From: Lingula anatina
Taxonomy: Eukaryota > Animalia > Brachiopoda
Direction of reading: 5' to 3'
NCBI GenBank assembly: GCA_051362555.1
Contig: CM120646.1
Coordinates: 17,732,001 to 17,796,000, forward strand
DNA: 64,000 nt
A program made the translations under genes and the position numbers. Every line of letters begins with the position of its first letter. Position 1 is the stretch's first letter. Shown here one piece after another: positions 22,918 to 37,000 of this stretch. The notes under the pieces were generated by a model. It had not been told where the DNA came from and did no database searches. It was given only the letters and a program-made list of their open reading frames with translations.

Positions 22918-25900
22918 TCATTGACCTGTTACAGACTGTCTTGGTGAGTCGCCAGCCTGTGCCGTTACGGAAGCTGACCTCATTTCTTGATCATGTGACC
23001 GTGTTGATGCACGTGACATTGAACTTTCTCGTGAAGGACCTGGTGAGGAATCTCCTGAAAAAAAATTTTTAGATTTTTTTATATAAGGTTTAATTAATAG
23101 ATTTACAAACTTACAAGAAAAATGAAGGTTTGCCCCATATGAACTTTTCTTAGTCTGTGTAACTTAGCCACCAAAATATGAAATATGGGGACAACTAACC
23201 TCATTGATTATGTTTAAAATTATGAAAATATCCAACAATTCATTCTGCATAAAACAACTTTTGTCTGATGTGATTGTGGGCTGCTTTATATCCTTATCAC
23301 ATCTTTAGAGAAATATGCATGAACTACCCCTGACACTAATCTCTGATAATAAAGTAAAAGTTCACACTCGGGTAAATATTACTATCATATATTAATTTTC
23401 AAAAAGCAGCAGCATTTGCAGAATTACTTGACTGAAAAAAAAAATCAGATTTTAGACATGACATTTTTTTGGTGCTGCCACACAAACTATTCTGGGAAAG
23501 TTTTTAAAATTTTTTTTTACCCATCATCTCTTTTAAAGCAGGTCTTATCTCAATGGCCAGGACCAATACTTGTAAAGAAATTTCTTGTGTTTCAATAGTT
23601 GATGACAAAAAACTAGCCCTTGAACCAATACCTGAACATTGTTCAACAGAATCCTGACACTCAATCCATATGTGGTCAGCCGGGAACTTCAAAAATCTGA
23701 ATATCAGTCCATTTATGGTAATAACTTATTGAATTACTCCATATATGGTCGCACAGAAAAGTTTGCACTGAGGGGGGCATTAATTAAGCATTGACCATGG
23801 CCCACAGCAGCTGCCTAGACCCGTTTATTGACTGTAACAGTTTTACCATTAAAGCATAGCTAACTGGCACAAATATCATAGCCATGATAGCCCCAAGGGT
23901 GAAAGTGTCACAGGAAAGCTATTGTTTTTCCCAATCTTTTCAATCCATTTCGTAATACATACTTCACAGTTGTTATATATAATACAATCAAGCATGGTAT
24001 GATAAAATACATAAAAAACATTAAATAATAATAATAAATAGGTAATCTATCTAGAGCTAAGGTATGTTATGTGCTAGTCTATACCCCGTTTCCTTTTGCG
24101 ACGGAACAATTTGCGCAAGCTTCCCGTCAAGGAGCGAGACTTATGTGACAGCTGCGTGTCCCCTTCACCTGGGATTTCTACGTCACTCTCGTCTGCAAAA
24201 CAAGGAGGTGCAAATGATGGAGAGAATGTGACAGGGAAGAAAAATGAATGATGTCACTGTGGTTGAGCATGGCAAGTGACCTATTTTGAGCATTGGAGAG
24301 AAAACTGTTTACCAATTTGGCTTAAGATGATTGCAGTTTTATCAGCTTTTATATTATGTATTTGAGATGTAGGTAGCTTCATTATTGTCAAGAAAGGTTT
24401 CAATATAACATCTTCTCTGGTATCTGATAAATAACCGTACATAACAGTTCTGACTACCTTAAATCTACAATGCAAGAAAATAATAATTATTCAAGATAAT
24501 TTTTGGTAGATTTGCATCAAAATAGGTCACTTATATCTGATAATAAATGATAAGAAGTCCGTTCCCAGAACTAGTAACATAAATGTGGCGTCCGTGAGGG
24601 TTATAACTAAAACTGTTGCAGCCGTGGCTTGGTATAGGACTGAAATAAAACAGAAAAGGCTGGATGAAATCAAGCAGCTGTGAGTAACACCCAACTACAT
24701 TCACATCCATCATGCTGAGTAAATACTGTGCTCTGGCATTAACATTTTTTTTTCAAATGGTTAAGTCAACCCCACAAATAAGTTAATTAAGCCATCAGTA
24801 TGAACTTATCAGTACTGAAGAAGCCTACTAAATGGGCTGTTAGACTATCTGTTGGTTAGAAGTGTATTCTTTGTTCAAAGCCACCTTCAGTATATCGGTG
24901 TAAGGTACCTTCCAGCACTGAATAGTAATTTTAAAAGATAAAAAGGTGGTGCTCCGATGCCATGGTGAGTAATACTGCAGTTGAAGCACTAATCCTCACA
25001 CTTGATTTTTTTTGTACAAAAATGAGTCTACCATTTTTATTACAGATTTATTTTCATTTCTAATTTCACCACAGTTGCCATCTTTTTAGTTTACAATCTC
25101 CAAATGTGGAAATCTATTTTTCAACATGTCATGAACGAAAAAAGAACAGACAATTATACAGAAAAATATATATATATTGCCCATAACTGCATGGACCCAC
25201 CCCAACCCCTGTTAAGGAGTTGGCAACCCCGCAGCATACCCTGGGGCCCTTCTTCTGTGAATTATACTTAAATGTTGTTTTAAAATGAAGAATGCCAGAT
25301 TACAGTAAAAACAAAATTCACTGAGGCACAAAAGAAAGGATATGAGGGTCATATATCAGGAAGCCTGTTTTATGTTTTTAATTATTAGTGCAAAGTTTAG
25401 ATGGAAGCTTTCTCCAGAATGCTGTACATGTGAACTTTAGAATGACACTGAACAATCGAGGACTGTAGCAGTGCAATGACTGTGGCAACAAAAGCAAGAT
25501 GACAGAATGAATCATTTTTACTATAAATATACACAGAAAGTCACATACGTATTAATCATATTCACTTAGTTACTGCACAATTTTGGAGATAACAACTTGA
25601 GGAAAAATATTTTTAGCAATATCAGATAAAGTCTGTAGTCTAAATCAAAGAAATTTGCATTAATGACTCAATCACTTACAAAAGGTTAAAAGTTTTACCA
25701 TTTGAAAAATAATATGAAGTCAAAACAAATGAAATGAGCTGTTACATCACAAGCAACAGAAAGAATAAAGCGTAGTTCCCCCAAAACAGGCTTCCATCAT
25801 GTTTACAATAGGAAAACAGAAGAGGGGAAGGGAAGGGCAGATGAAATGGGCAAGAAGTGTGATGCAAATGATACAGTGTGCAAACGGGCCAATGCAGTGG

Positions 25901-28900
25901 CTACGATCTACAAAGTACCACGCTTGTCCTGGCGGGATCTGCGTCCACTAAAGAGGCGGCGTATACTGCCACCTATTGAGCGTGACCTGCGCAAGTTGCT
26001 TGGCTCTCCTTCTATGTGATAGTCATAACCTGTAATAGATGGATGTCAAAACACACACTGTTCTATATTTTTACTAATCACTGTTGAAATTAGACCAGTA
26101 CTTGCAATATTATGGGAGAACCATGTCATTTTTTTAAAGTCAACACACTAATCAGGACTGTGTTGACAAAGGGGCCAGAAGCCCCCAAAAAAGGCCAAAA
26201 GATAAATGATAAATACATATAAATTGCTACCACTGATATTGTTTTCAAATATTTCAATACATCATTTAAAAAAGGAGTTTTGGAACCCCTTTTTTAATAT
26301 AATCCTGACAGAGAAAATATTGCCTCTAGTATTATTCACCCCATAATATAACAACTACCACGACCTCTTGTAACTTGAAACACCAACACGAGATTATGAA
26401 AATAAACACTCAAACCATACGTGCAAGATAACATTTTTCAAAATAGGTTAGTATCTCACAAAGCTGCAATGAAAAAAGAAGAAAATAAAACTAGACAAAA
26501 GCTAAGTGCTTGTGTACTAACTAGAGGTGTGAGATAACTACATTCTAATATTTCATTCAACCTTAAAAACATCACATCTATCTAACTTTTATAATATTAA
26601 GCAATAAAAGCAGCATAATTCCAAAGAAAAAATATGCACGCATCTACAAAGATTCATAGGGTTTGAATGCATATATGTGGACATAAAAAGCACAGTGACA
26701 CTGCTGTATATGTGCCCCATTTAATTGTTTTCCAACATTTTGTGTACATTTTATTAGTATTTCACAAATAAATCATCTGAATTACAAATTGGCATTGGTC
26801 CTAAAGCCATTTTTAACCTTAAGGAAATCAAAAGAGGGCTTTTACACCAAAGCAATTATTATTAACATGCACATGCAGGGAGACCTAAACTTGAAATAAT
26901 TTCTTAAAATTTTCACCACGGAAGTCATTATAATAATCACCTTCTTTTCAAAGTCAGACTAGAAGGGAAATGGGTAAAATACCATCAAAATCTATTTTTA
27001 ATGGATTTCTTCACCATAAGCACTGAACCCTTGACATAAATTACACACGCCATTTGGAAATTATTTCTACAAAATCTTTCTGTTTCTTCCTTCTCCCTTT
27101 TTCTTTCAATACTTTCACTTCAACAAACAAATCAGTAGACAGATTTTCCAGGCAATTGAGTAATTCTAATTGTGACAGAGAATAATAATTTACTTTCTTA
27201 TGAATTTGACCAAGCTCACCAACTTATGACTAGTATAAGCATGACTATATCAAACAGAATGGCAAACTCTATAACTATGCAATAATATTTAAGGATAAGG
27301 CTGCATCATGCTCATGGACAAAAAAGCATGCATGCATAATTTTATTTCACATCTCAGGTCATAGTGGGTAACATTACAACCTGAGTGCATTATGAAATTA
27401 AAAAAATTCTGAAACTAAACATGTAAAAGAAAGTTTATCTCTGATACAGTATTATATATTCATTAAATTAGTATAAATTGCTTTTTTCTTAAAGCAGAAA
27501 CTGTTTTAAGTACATTAATTCATATCAATTTTTGTTTATCAGCTGATAATGAAAAAACTAATATCCTACTTGCACGAGTATAAAGCTTAAGGGATCTTGG
27601 CTGAAATAGGCCATCTGTACACATGTCAGCGTGTATGTATGGTTAGGTTGTTGTTTAGTCCTGTGTTATTGGAGAATCTACAGTCAATTGTGTTAGCTGA
27701 GATCAAAGGAGTGTGTTGGCTAAGATCTGCAGTCAATTGTGTTAGCTGAGATCATAGGGTTGTGTTGGCTAAGATCTGCAGTCAATTGTGTTAGCTGAGA
27801 TCATAGGGTTGTGTTGGCTAAGATCTGCAGTCAATTGTGTTAGCTGAGATCACAGGAGTGTGTTGGCTAAGATCTGTAGTCAAGTGCGTTAGCTGAGATC
27901 ACAGGAGTGTGTTGGCTAAAATCTGTAGTCAATTGTGTTAGCTGAGATCATAGGGTTGTGTGGCTAAGATCTTTAGTCAATTGTGTTAGCGGAGATCATT
28001 GGAGTGTGTGTTTGGTGAGATTTATAGTAGATTGTGTTAGATGAGATCAAAGGCGGGTGTTGATTTATACCTGTAGTCAATTGTGTTAGTGGAGGTCCTA
28101 AAAACTATACCTGTTGTTCTGCCAGGAGGTTTGAGTAGATTTTTCTCTGGTATATTTGATGATCTTTCCACACTATGAGACCTGGGCTTCCGTAGTCGAT
28201 TTAAAAACCTTTTGCCTAGAGATTTCCTTTTAGCACCTGCATTTAAAAAAAAAAAAACAGTGCTATATTGTTATAATGTCAACATAATAATCAGGAGAAT
28301 TTCATTTTTAAAATGAATTCATGACTGACTTGATCCAATGTGCATGTGTCCACGTGTGTATTATCTAGTCTGCTGGATAAAAAGGAAAAAAAACTTTCAA
28401 TCATGAAGATGTTATATAATGATTTAGCACATTGTCATACCTTTCTCGGTGGGTGAGGAGGGTTCAATTGAAGACTGATCTGTCTCAACATGGTCCTCTT
28501 CCAGTGGACTCTCAGTCTGCAAACAGAATCGTTTTGTTTTATTTAATCACTCTTGTTACCATAAACTGAATTAAAAATACTAAGTACACTCGTAAATTCA
28601 ATCTCTCGGTTTTACTGGTTATGAAAAAGCATTATACAGATTTTCTGTAGTCAGGGACCAACTTTTACATTAAAGAATATTTTTCATTTCATTAATGAGA
28701 GGGATTTTATACCAGGGATCATCTTCCATATGAAGTAAAATGCAATTTTTATAAAAATTAAATCTTTAAATGACAAAAAGGTTAAAAATTTCCATGACAA
28801 AAGATAAATTTACAGTAATGGAAATTTAATAGACAAAAACAACTACAGCATTTATGAAAACATGCAAACATCTAAAAAAATTATGGACATCAAACCTGAA

Positions 28901-31900
28901 ATATGAACTGAAAAAAAATTGAGGGCCAGATTCACATCTATGGTTTTTGTCCAACTTTTATTAATAGTTTCTACCTGTGACTTGTTTCATAAAGAACCTT
29001 AACACTTAACACTAAATTTATTGTTTACCAATATATTTTACCAATATAAATTCTGCTTTAAACAAATGGCTATCCAAGAACAGCAGTCTCAAAGACCAAT
29101 GGCACTGTGCAAAACAGGCCAAAATATGAGAGAGCTAAACTCTTAAGTCAGATATTTTTCAAATTTTCAGTCCGTCTTAGAACCAACATGTGATATTCTA
29201 TACCTTGAATGTGACCAAGCTTATTTCTTGGTCAATATAAACTGTTATCAGCCCTCTTACTCCCTCTCTTTCAGCTCTGGTAATTCACTACAAAGTCACA
29301 CTAAGACAAATCACACCAAGGCACATTCCTGTTAGATTTACACTACAGCAGTGAGTTATTTCAAAATTGTTATTATGCACATGCAACATCCAAACAAACC
29401 ACTACTGTGTGTGGGAGGATGGACCCAGTGCTTTTCACACAACAGACTATGAACTCTTGATGACTGGATTTCTCAAAACAGACAAAACATTTGAACACTG
29501 AAACACGGGCAACTTAAGGATACAACAGCCAGGGCTACCTTAAAGTTAACTGTTGGAATGTTGTCATTGTTGACTTTAGATATTGGTTCCTGCCATTGGG
29601 ATTAAAAAATAAATAAAAAATATAACTTTAGGTTTGTAATCTTGCATAAATTACCAATTATGCATATTTTCCAACTAAGGTTTTACAGGTTGAAATCTGC
29701 AAAAATTATGGCCAGAAAATGAAACAATTTAGATTTTAACCAATTTCAGGAATAGAAGATACTGAAATTTAAAATCAAATAACGATTTGTCTTTTTGGCC
29801 TTCTTTTAAAGGCACTCAGAGGTATGCAAATATTTGTTTTCTAAAAATACAGTATTAGATAATTTACAAAACAAACATATATATTATTATGGTTTTGCAA
29901 TCAAAAAACTTCAATGAAAATTGCAGTTGAAATATTAAATCCAAAATTCATATCATTAAAAAGAAACTAAAACCTAATGATTGTGTTATTATTCATCTTG
30001 TTAAAAGAAAAACAGGAAAACAGTATTTTCAAGTAAAACTTCTTGAAAAATAAAAAACAGAAAAACAGTACGTTCCAAACTTGAAGTTTTTTTGTTTAAA
30101 AAAAATGGAGACTCCACTTGTCCTAGACTGTATTTTATATATTTTCATAGCAAGCTTACCCTATATACTGAAGTAATAATGATTGTACTTGTTTTGGCTG
30201 GCGTCTTGCTTTTTTGCCGTTGCTGCAATTCTCTAATAGCTGCCTCTGCAATATCATCTGCTCCATTTAACAGCACAACGTCTGCAAACGAGGAGTTTAA
30301 AATGCACACTGAACTAAATGAACAATGCATCAAGTAAGCAAAGAGCAACAAGTGAATTGATCTCTTTTAGGTTCAAAACACACCGGAGGAGGGGGGAGGG
30401 GGATGGGGATGGGGTTGGGGTGGCAGTAGGGTCACTCCAACAGTTGTCATTATCAAAGATTTTAACACAGACCTTTGTAGTAGTTATTGTGCAGTTTATG
30501 GACTGGTCATATGATTGTTTTTGTGCGACTTTATTTTAGAATGGATTAGACTTTGATCTACATGAATACATAGACCAACAGGAAGAAGGAGTAAATCACA
30601 ATGCTTCCTGGCTGTTTTAGAAAGTCATGACCCTTGGCAGATAATAACAGCAAGTGGAAAGTATTTTGTCACTGGCTCCTTTGCTCTAAGAAAAGTTCAC
30701 CGAAAGGGAGGCTTTCAATCGGCTAAATTTTTGACACCCCCATTTGCAGCATAAATGCATGGCATAGTAATACCCAAAGCAAACTAAAATAGACATCATG
30801 TGCAGAGTTAAAACTTCAAACTAAACTACACATGTATAAGCATTCATTTAAATAAATCTCCAAACTAAAGTACATAAAAAGTTCAGAAAAATATACGTCT
30901 CTTAAGAGTCTGTCAAATGTTTTGAGTTATATTTTTTTCCTTGGTCAGTTTCATATTGTTACAGTATATAATAAAAGTATATACTAGTAATTAACATATC
31001 TATATTAATATATTATATTAGACAATATCATTTGTCGCATGACCCTTTGCTGTCACGTTCACGACTTCTGTAAATATTGCACACGCCATGCATGTTTTTT
31101 TATCAGAACAGTCCAAATAACCCACAAACACATGCAAGCCAAGAGATGGGGGGGCGGCAGCGCATGCTTGTACATACGTAGCACAAGCATACTTACAGGT
31201 ACAGTGGACCGGGGCAAGGACCGACTACGTCGTGGGAACGTTAGGCCACTCTTTTTGAACCATCTTTTCTTTTTTTCCTTGGTTTTAGGGGAAGATGGGG
31301 GTTGCTCTTGGGGGGGTTCATTAATAGTGGGGGGTCCCTGAGACGGTTGGGATATGTCCTCTCCTGCAGCGCCTGAAACAAATTCTGAACTGTGTGCCTT
31401 CTATACATTTAGGCCAGTTTAAGGGTATGGGAAACAGGGTGTACATCACAGAGAAACTACCTGGATTGATGAAGTAAATCGGGAATGAGGCTACCATTTT
31501 GTGAAAAAGTCTGAAAATATGGCATGGAGTCCAGACCCCCCCCCCCCCCCCCCCTCCCCCAATTTTTATTGCAGATCTGCATCAATCTCAAAAATGGTAT
31601 TTTTGGCTCCCAAAATGTTCAAAATCTGCCAACTGTCAGAAATATCTCATCCCTTTTTTTTAGTTTATTTGATTGTATATAAAATCCCATGTTTATTTTC
31701 TATCTCTTCTTGTTGAGGGCTACAACAAATCACCATTAAATGTCAAATGAAAGCACGGTAAAACTTGCTAAAATCTTCCAAAAATTTCCTTTGACAACCT
31801 AGCTGACAACCTTTAAAAATTCAAATACCTCTAATATGCATTATATTTGGAATCATTTATATTATATTATGTATACACCATATGGAATTATAACAGCAAG

Positions 31901-34038
31901 GCTTAAGTATTGGTTACCCAACAGTTCTACACAATCAATTTCAATGCTGTGAATTCTACTGAACACTGAATGAATTTACAACTAAATTATTATTACTATT
32001 ACTATATATTATCACTAAATAGCATTTTGCTATCAAGAAAGCCCTACATAAAGGTTCCCTTACCCTGGTTACTAGTATCTGGAGCATGCGCCTCTGCTTT
32101 TTCTATCTTGCTGGGAGATTCTGGAATTCAGGGAAACAAGGATTTTTTTATATACAGGTAAGTTTGGGTTGTGTAAGTAAAATGTAAAAGCAAAGCATAA
32201 TATATTTGAAGCATTAAGATATAATAATTAAGTAACATAAGGGAAAAACAGCAAACCTATCTGGTAATCTGAAAGATAATAATTGTGCAAAACTTGATTA
32301 ATGAATCTTGTATAAAGGTTTTGTTCAACTTTCAAAATATATCATTAACTTGCAATCTTTTTTGCACTGATATATAATTTGCTAAATACTATGCTGATAC
32401 TTAATTCACCATATCTAATGAAAATGTTACTATTTATTTTCAATGAAAGATAATTTAAATAAAAAGGGCATTTTGTTAAAGAGCATCAAGCATTATCAGA
32501 ATCACCCTAATAATACTAATCATAAATTAAAGTGAGTAAGGTGAATCTAACTCACAAATTACAAAACTGTTCGCAATCTTGTGTCAAATGTGACAATGAA
32601 CGCAATATTGTGTAAGGTGTGACAACAATCAAAATATTGTGTAAGGTGTTAGAATGAACACAATATTGTGTTAGTTGTGACAGTCACCACAATATTGTGT
32701 TACGTGTAATAAACAGCACACTCACCGTGTAATGAAGCCTCCAGTTTCTGATCCTTCCTCTTCTCTGTGGTGGTGGTGGTGGTTGTGATGTGGGTTCCTC
32801 CGGGGGTGACGGTACGACTGGTCTCAATGCGACGGCGAGGGGAGACTTGGACTGGAGTGACCTGTTCCTGGTACTGCTGGGCTTCTGCAGGCTCCATGAA
32901 GAGAAACTGGTGGGAGAGAAAGATATAGTCACCATATTCTGTAATCTAACAGGTTAGACAAAATAATCATGCATAAGAAAGTAAAATTTAAAATGTCCCA
33001 CATTCACATTCTTGGAGGCAAAATGATAAGAAGGAAGGGGGGCAATATAGATGCATAATATTCATTAAAATCAGCTCAATGTGGATTTTTGGATTTTTAA
33101 TTGTTTTCCTTCATAATGTCAAATTCACTTTCCATTATTCATTCAGTAACATGTGCGGGTTATGATAGCAGCTTTTTGGCTCATAAACCATAACTTTCAC
33201 AAAAGTTCCAATGTTAAAACCAGAATTTAAGGATAGGATTTTCTCCAAAGATTTTAATTCAGAGCAAATAATGATGACACAAATAAGAATCGGACGTAGC
33301 TCTAGGATTATGGAATTTAAATTAGCCAAACAACTAGATATTTTAGCCAAATAACTAAAAGATATTATTATTTTTAGAAAAACTGAAATGCTCCAAATTT
33401 TACTTAGGCAAATGTTGAAAATTTGGCTCAAAATATAAAAAAATAAAAAATAATTAAAGCCCAAATGAGATCTTCTCCAGGGTTCAGGGGGTTTGGCCTA
33501 CCTCTACTGTTATAGTACCACAAACATTGGCCGTTTGTCCAGGCTTTCCAGTCAAGGGGATGATCTGACGGCTGCTGGGGTACTCACGCAGGTCATCCAG
33601 TCGGCTGATGGCCGTGCCAAGAAAATCCTCTGGAAAACAAGTCTTAAAATGAAAACTCTGTCAGCTGTGCACTATGCCTAGACTGATGCTTCAGTGGCTG
33701 GATTCATAATGATAAAAATAAAAGGCACAATTAAGAGAACTGCTCTTTTAAAGAATCATTTAAAACAGATACAAACTTCAGTTTCAATTAGATCTAAATT
33801 CTGATCACAGATGAAATACTTTCAAATACTTGGTGCATTTTACACATTAACTTATATTATTAACTATTAACTGTTCTGTTTTGAATCACAGAACAATAGA
33901 AAACCATTTGAGGAAGTCTGGACTGCCAAACTTGAGCACAGCACCTGACTCACCTCCCTGAGACTGGTCTCTGTCATACAGGTCAAATTTCAGTTCTCTA
34001 CTATCTTGGTTTAGATCACTGGAATTCCAACATATCAC

Positions 34039-34079
<41 letters not shown>

Positions 34080-37000
34080 CTGTCATTTATAAATGCACAT
34101 ACCAAAAGAAAAAGATAAGACTAGTTTCATTTTACTAAACTTCTGATGATGAAGCCTGAAAATTACAAATTCAAATTATTTCCAAAAAGGTTTTCTTTCC
34201 TTCTGCAAATTATTACCTACATTCAGGCAAAAATAAACACAAGATTTCAAATAATTTTTAACAAACTGTTTAGTGATCGAATTCAATAACTTTCAAGGAC
34301 GAAAATAATGGAATACAAACCCTTTTCAAGGATAAGAGCAATTTCAAGTACTTTTCAAGGCCGCAGACGGAACCCAAGACGCAGGGCTAAATTCAATCAA
34401 TTTTGAAGGTTGTCACGAAACCCTGAATTACCTGAACTATCACGCTCAGGTACAATACAATGTGCTTGTCATCTTATACTCTGCTTCCTCCTTCTATGCC
34501 TGACATTTTCCAACTTAAATAAATCTATACAAATTGTGAAAAAAAAAATAAAAATAAAAATAAATGTTCCTACAAAATGTAAGAGACTGTCTGACATTTC
34601 CCATGAGTCAAGTTACCAGTTGTTTTATATTAACTTACAAAAGAAAGTGTTCATCCCAGAACGGGTTCTGTGTCCCCTTGACCACACTGGTGATGTGCTT
34701 CTGAGAGGGATAGTCCATCTCGACCAGACAATAGGGGTCAGTGCAGGCTGAGGAATACCAAGATAAGACATAATTTAAAAGACATTTTTTTCTCTAAAGT
34801 ATAAATGTACTACTTTATCACTAGAATCTAATCAGCATGTTTCGTGTCAACTTCTCATGTCAACTTCTTATCATCATCAAAACTCTTTTTTCTATGACAG
34901 CATTTTAAAAGTATTAAACCATCTATAATTCAAATGATTTTTATGCTCTCTTTTCCAAACACTATATGGATTTCACATATCTAGATTCTAATCTGTTTCA
35001 CTGGTTGTAAAATCTCTAATGTTAATAATGCAAACATCACACTGTAGTTATGAACTGGGCTTACATTCCACAGCCTATAACATTCTGAGCTCATTCTAAA
35101 ACTTCTGTAGAAATAATACTTTTTATTTTTAAAACAGTTAGATACCAGGCAAGGGCATCTTCGATTCTCAATATTATATTTTATAATCATACAATATATT
35201 TTTTCGAAAAGTGTCAGATTTCATACCCCTCCTGCGAAAATAGCTTCTCATGTTTGTAGAACTTTAAAAATTCCATGGAACTGAAAATTTCAATGTAAAT
35301 TCTACTGATTACAACAAACAAGATGCTATAATCTGCTGAAGATGTGAAAATCTGACACTTTTTTGATTCCATATGTGTGCACCCCTCGTCTGCAGAAAGG
35401 GTTAGGATTGAGAAAAAGAAAAATGGACATAAAACAGCAGTGAAACTTGTTGGGAACAATATCCAAGATCATCTGTCAACAAAAACAGCATACATTTACA
35501 AGTTTGCAATATTCTTTCACCATTAAGAAATTATTCTTTTTAAAAATATGAGAAAAGAAATTAGCTGCCTCATAATTGTTGACAGAATCTCAGGTAAAAT
35601 GTTATTAGATTGCAAAAATGAAAACCTCAATAAAAAATTAATTTTAGTCTTTGTAATCAATTATAAAGAAAAAATTATACAACATATCCCTACCCCAATA
35701 TTAAGACAAAGCCAAACAAAGACAGTGAGAACAAAATCCAAAAAAGGAGTAAGTGTGCAGTAATTAAAAGGTTAGCACCTGTAACCGATCTAACCACACA
35801 GAAAAGCTCCCAGATCTATACTTTTTTTCATAAAATATCAAAATATCAAATAATAACCCTGAAAAGAACATTAATAATTTGAATACCACAAACAGCCAGT
35901 CCTGTCTAAGTATACCCACAAGAAAAACGGCATCTTACCAATGGTTATGCACTTTAAAAATCAATAATGTTAAAAAAAAACTTTAACTTTGTACTGTATA
36001 TTAATGAAGTAACTTATCTTCTTACTAGATACTGTGACTCATAACAATTATCAGTCATTGTAAAAAATTAAGTAGGGCTTTGTGAAAGAACCTACTTACA
36101 ATCGTAAATGTACACAAGTACTGGCATATAATAATAATAATTTTAATTTATCTTAACCCCCCTCCCCCCATTCAATGACCATAAAGACCTAATGGGATGG
36201 TACAATGATGTAAAAGGAAAACATCAGAAATCACACTTAATAATGAAACCAGAGCCAGGGAAATGAAGACTCACACATAGTAAAGACATCAAGTGGACAC
36301 TGCATGATTATATTTTTCTACAAGGAACAAACCCAGAAAAAATTTGTTTTACAAGAAAAGGGGCTTTTTTTTTTTTTTTTGAGATTTATGAAGTAGATTA
36401 CTGTTCTTTTTTAAATTTGTCAGTTTTATTCATTTATTATCAATTTTTCACAAGTTGAAAATAACTCAATATTTTGACCACTCTGAAGTCTGGATTTGCC
36501 CCTTGTTTTGAATCTATCTGTTACCTGTACACGTCTCACTCCAATCTGCCGTGCCTAAATATACAGATACAGCATCAGCACAGAGATACATGCAGTACAC
36601 AGGGTATACTATACAAAAGCATATAGTTGTTAGAAGCAACAAACTGCAGTAGAGATCATTGTCTTTTCTATCTATTTAGGCTTATAGTGTGTACAAGAAC
36701 AATTTAAATTACTGCAGGCAAGATAAGCTCTAGGTATAAAATCTTTAAAAATTTGAATATCTGAAGTGAAAAGATCAATGCCTTTCACAAGAGGTTCTTA
36801 AACACCTGACAGTTTGATATCTTTTTGACAGGAGGTTCTTTAATGCTTAATAGTGTGATAACAAAAGTGGAAAATTATCTGTCAATATAAGTGGGTCTAC
36901 ATACTGTGCATGGAAAGCTTTAGTTCACATGACTGTGTAAATTGTTACGCTCTTGGGACAGATAAAAGAAAAGAATTATTATATACTGGTTTACCTTTAT

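Noticed and set aside
27662-28090. CRISPR-like or coding interpretation of the 49-bp array
   Set aside because: Eukaryotic intron with no unique spacers; the unit is not a multiple of 3 and read-through from the exon hits a stop.
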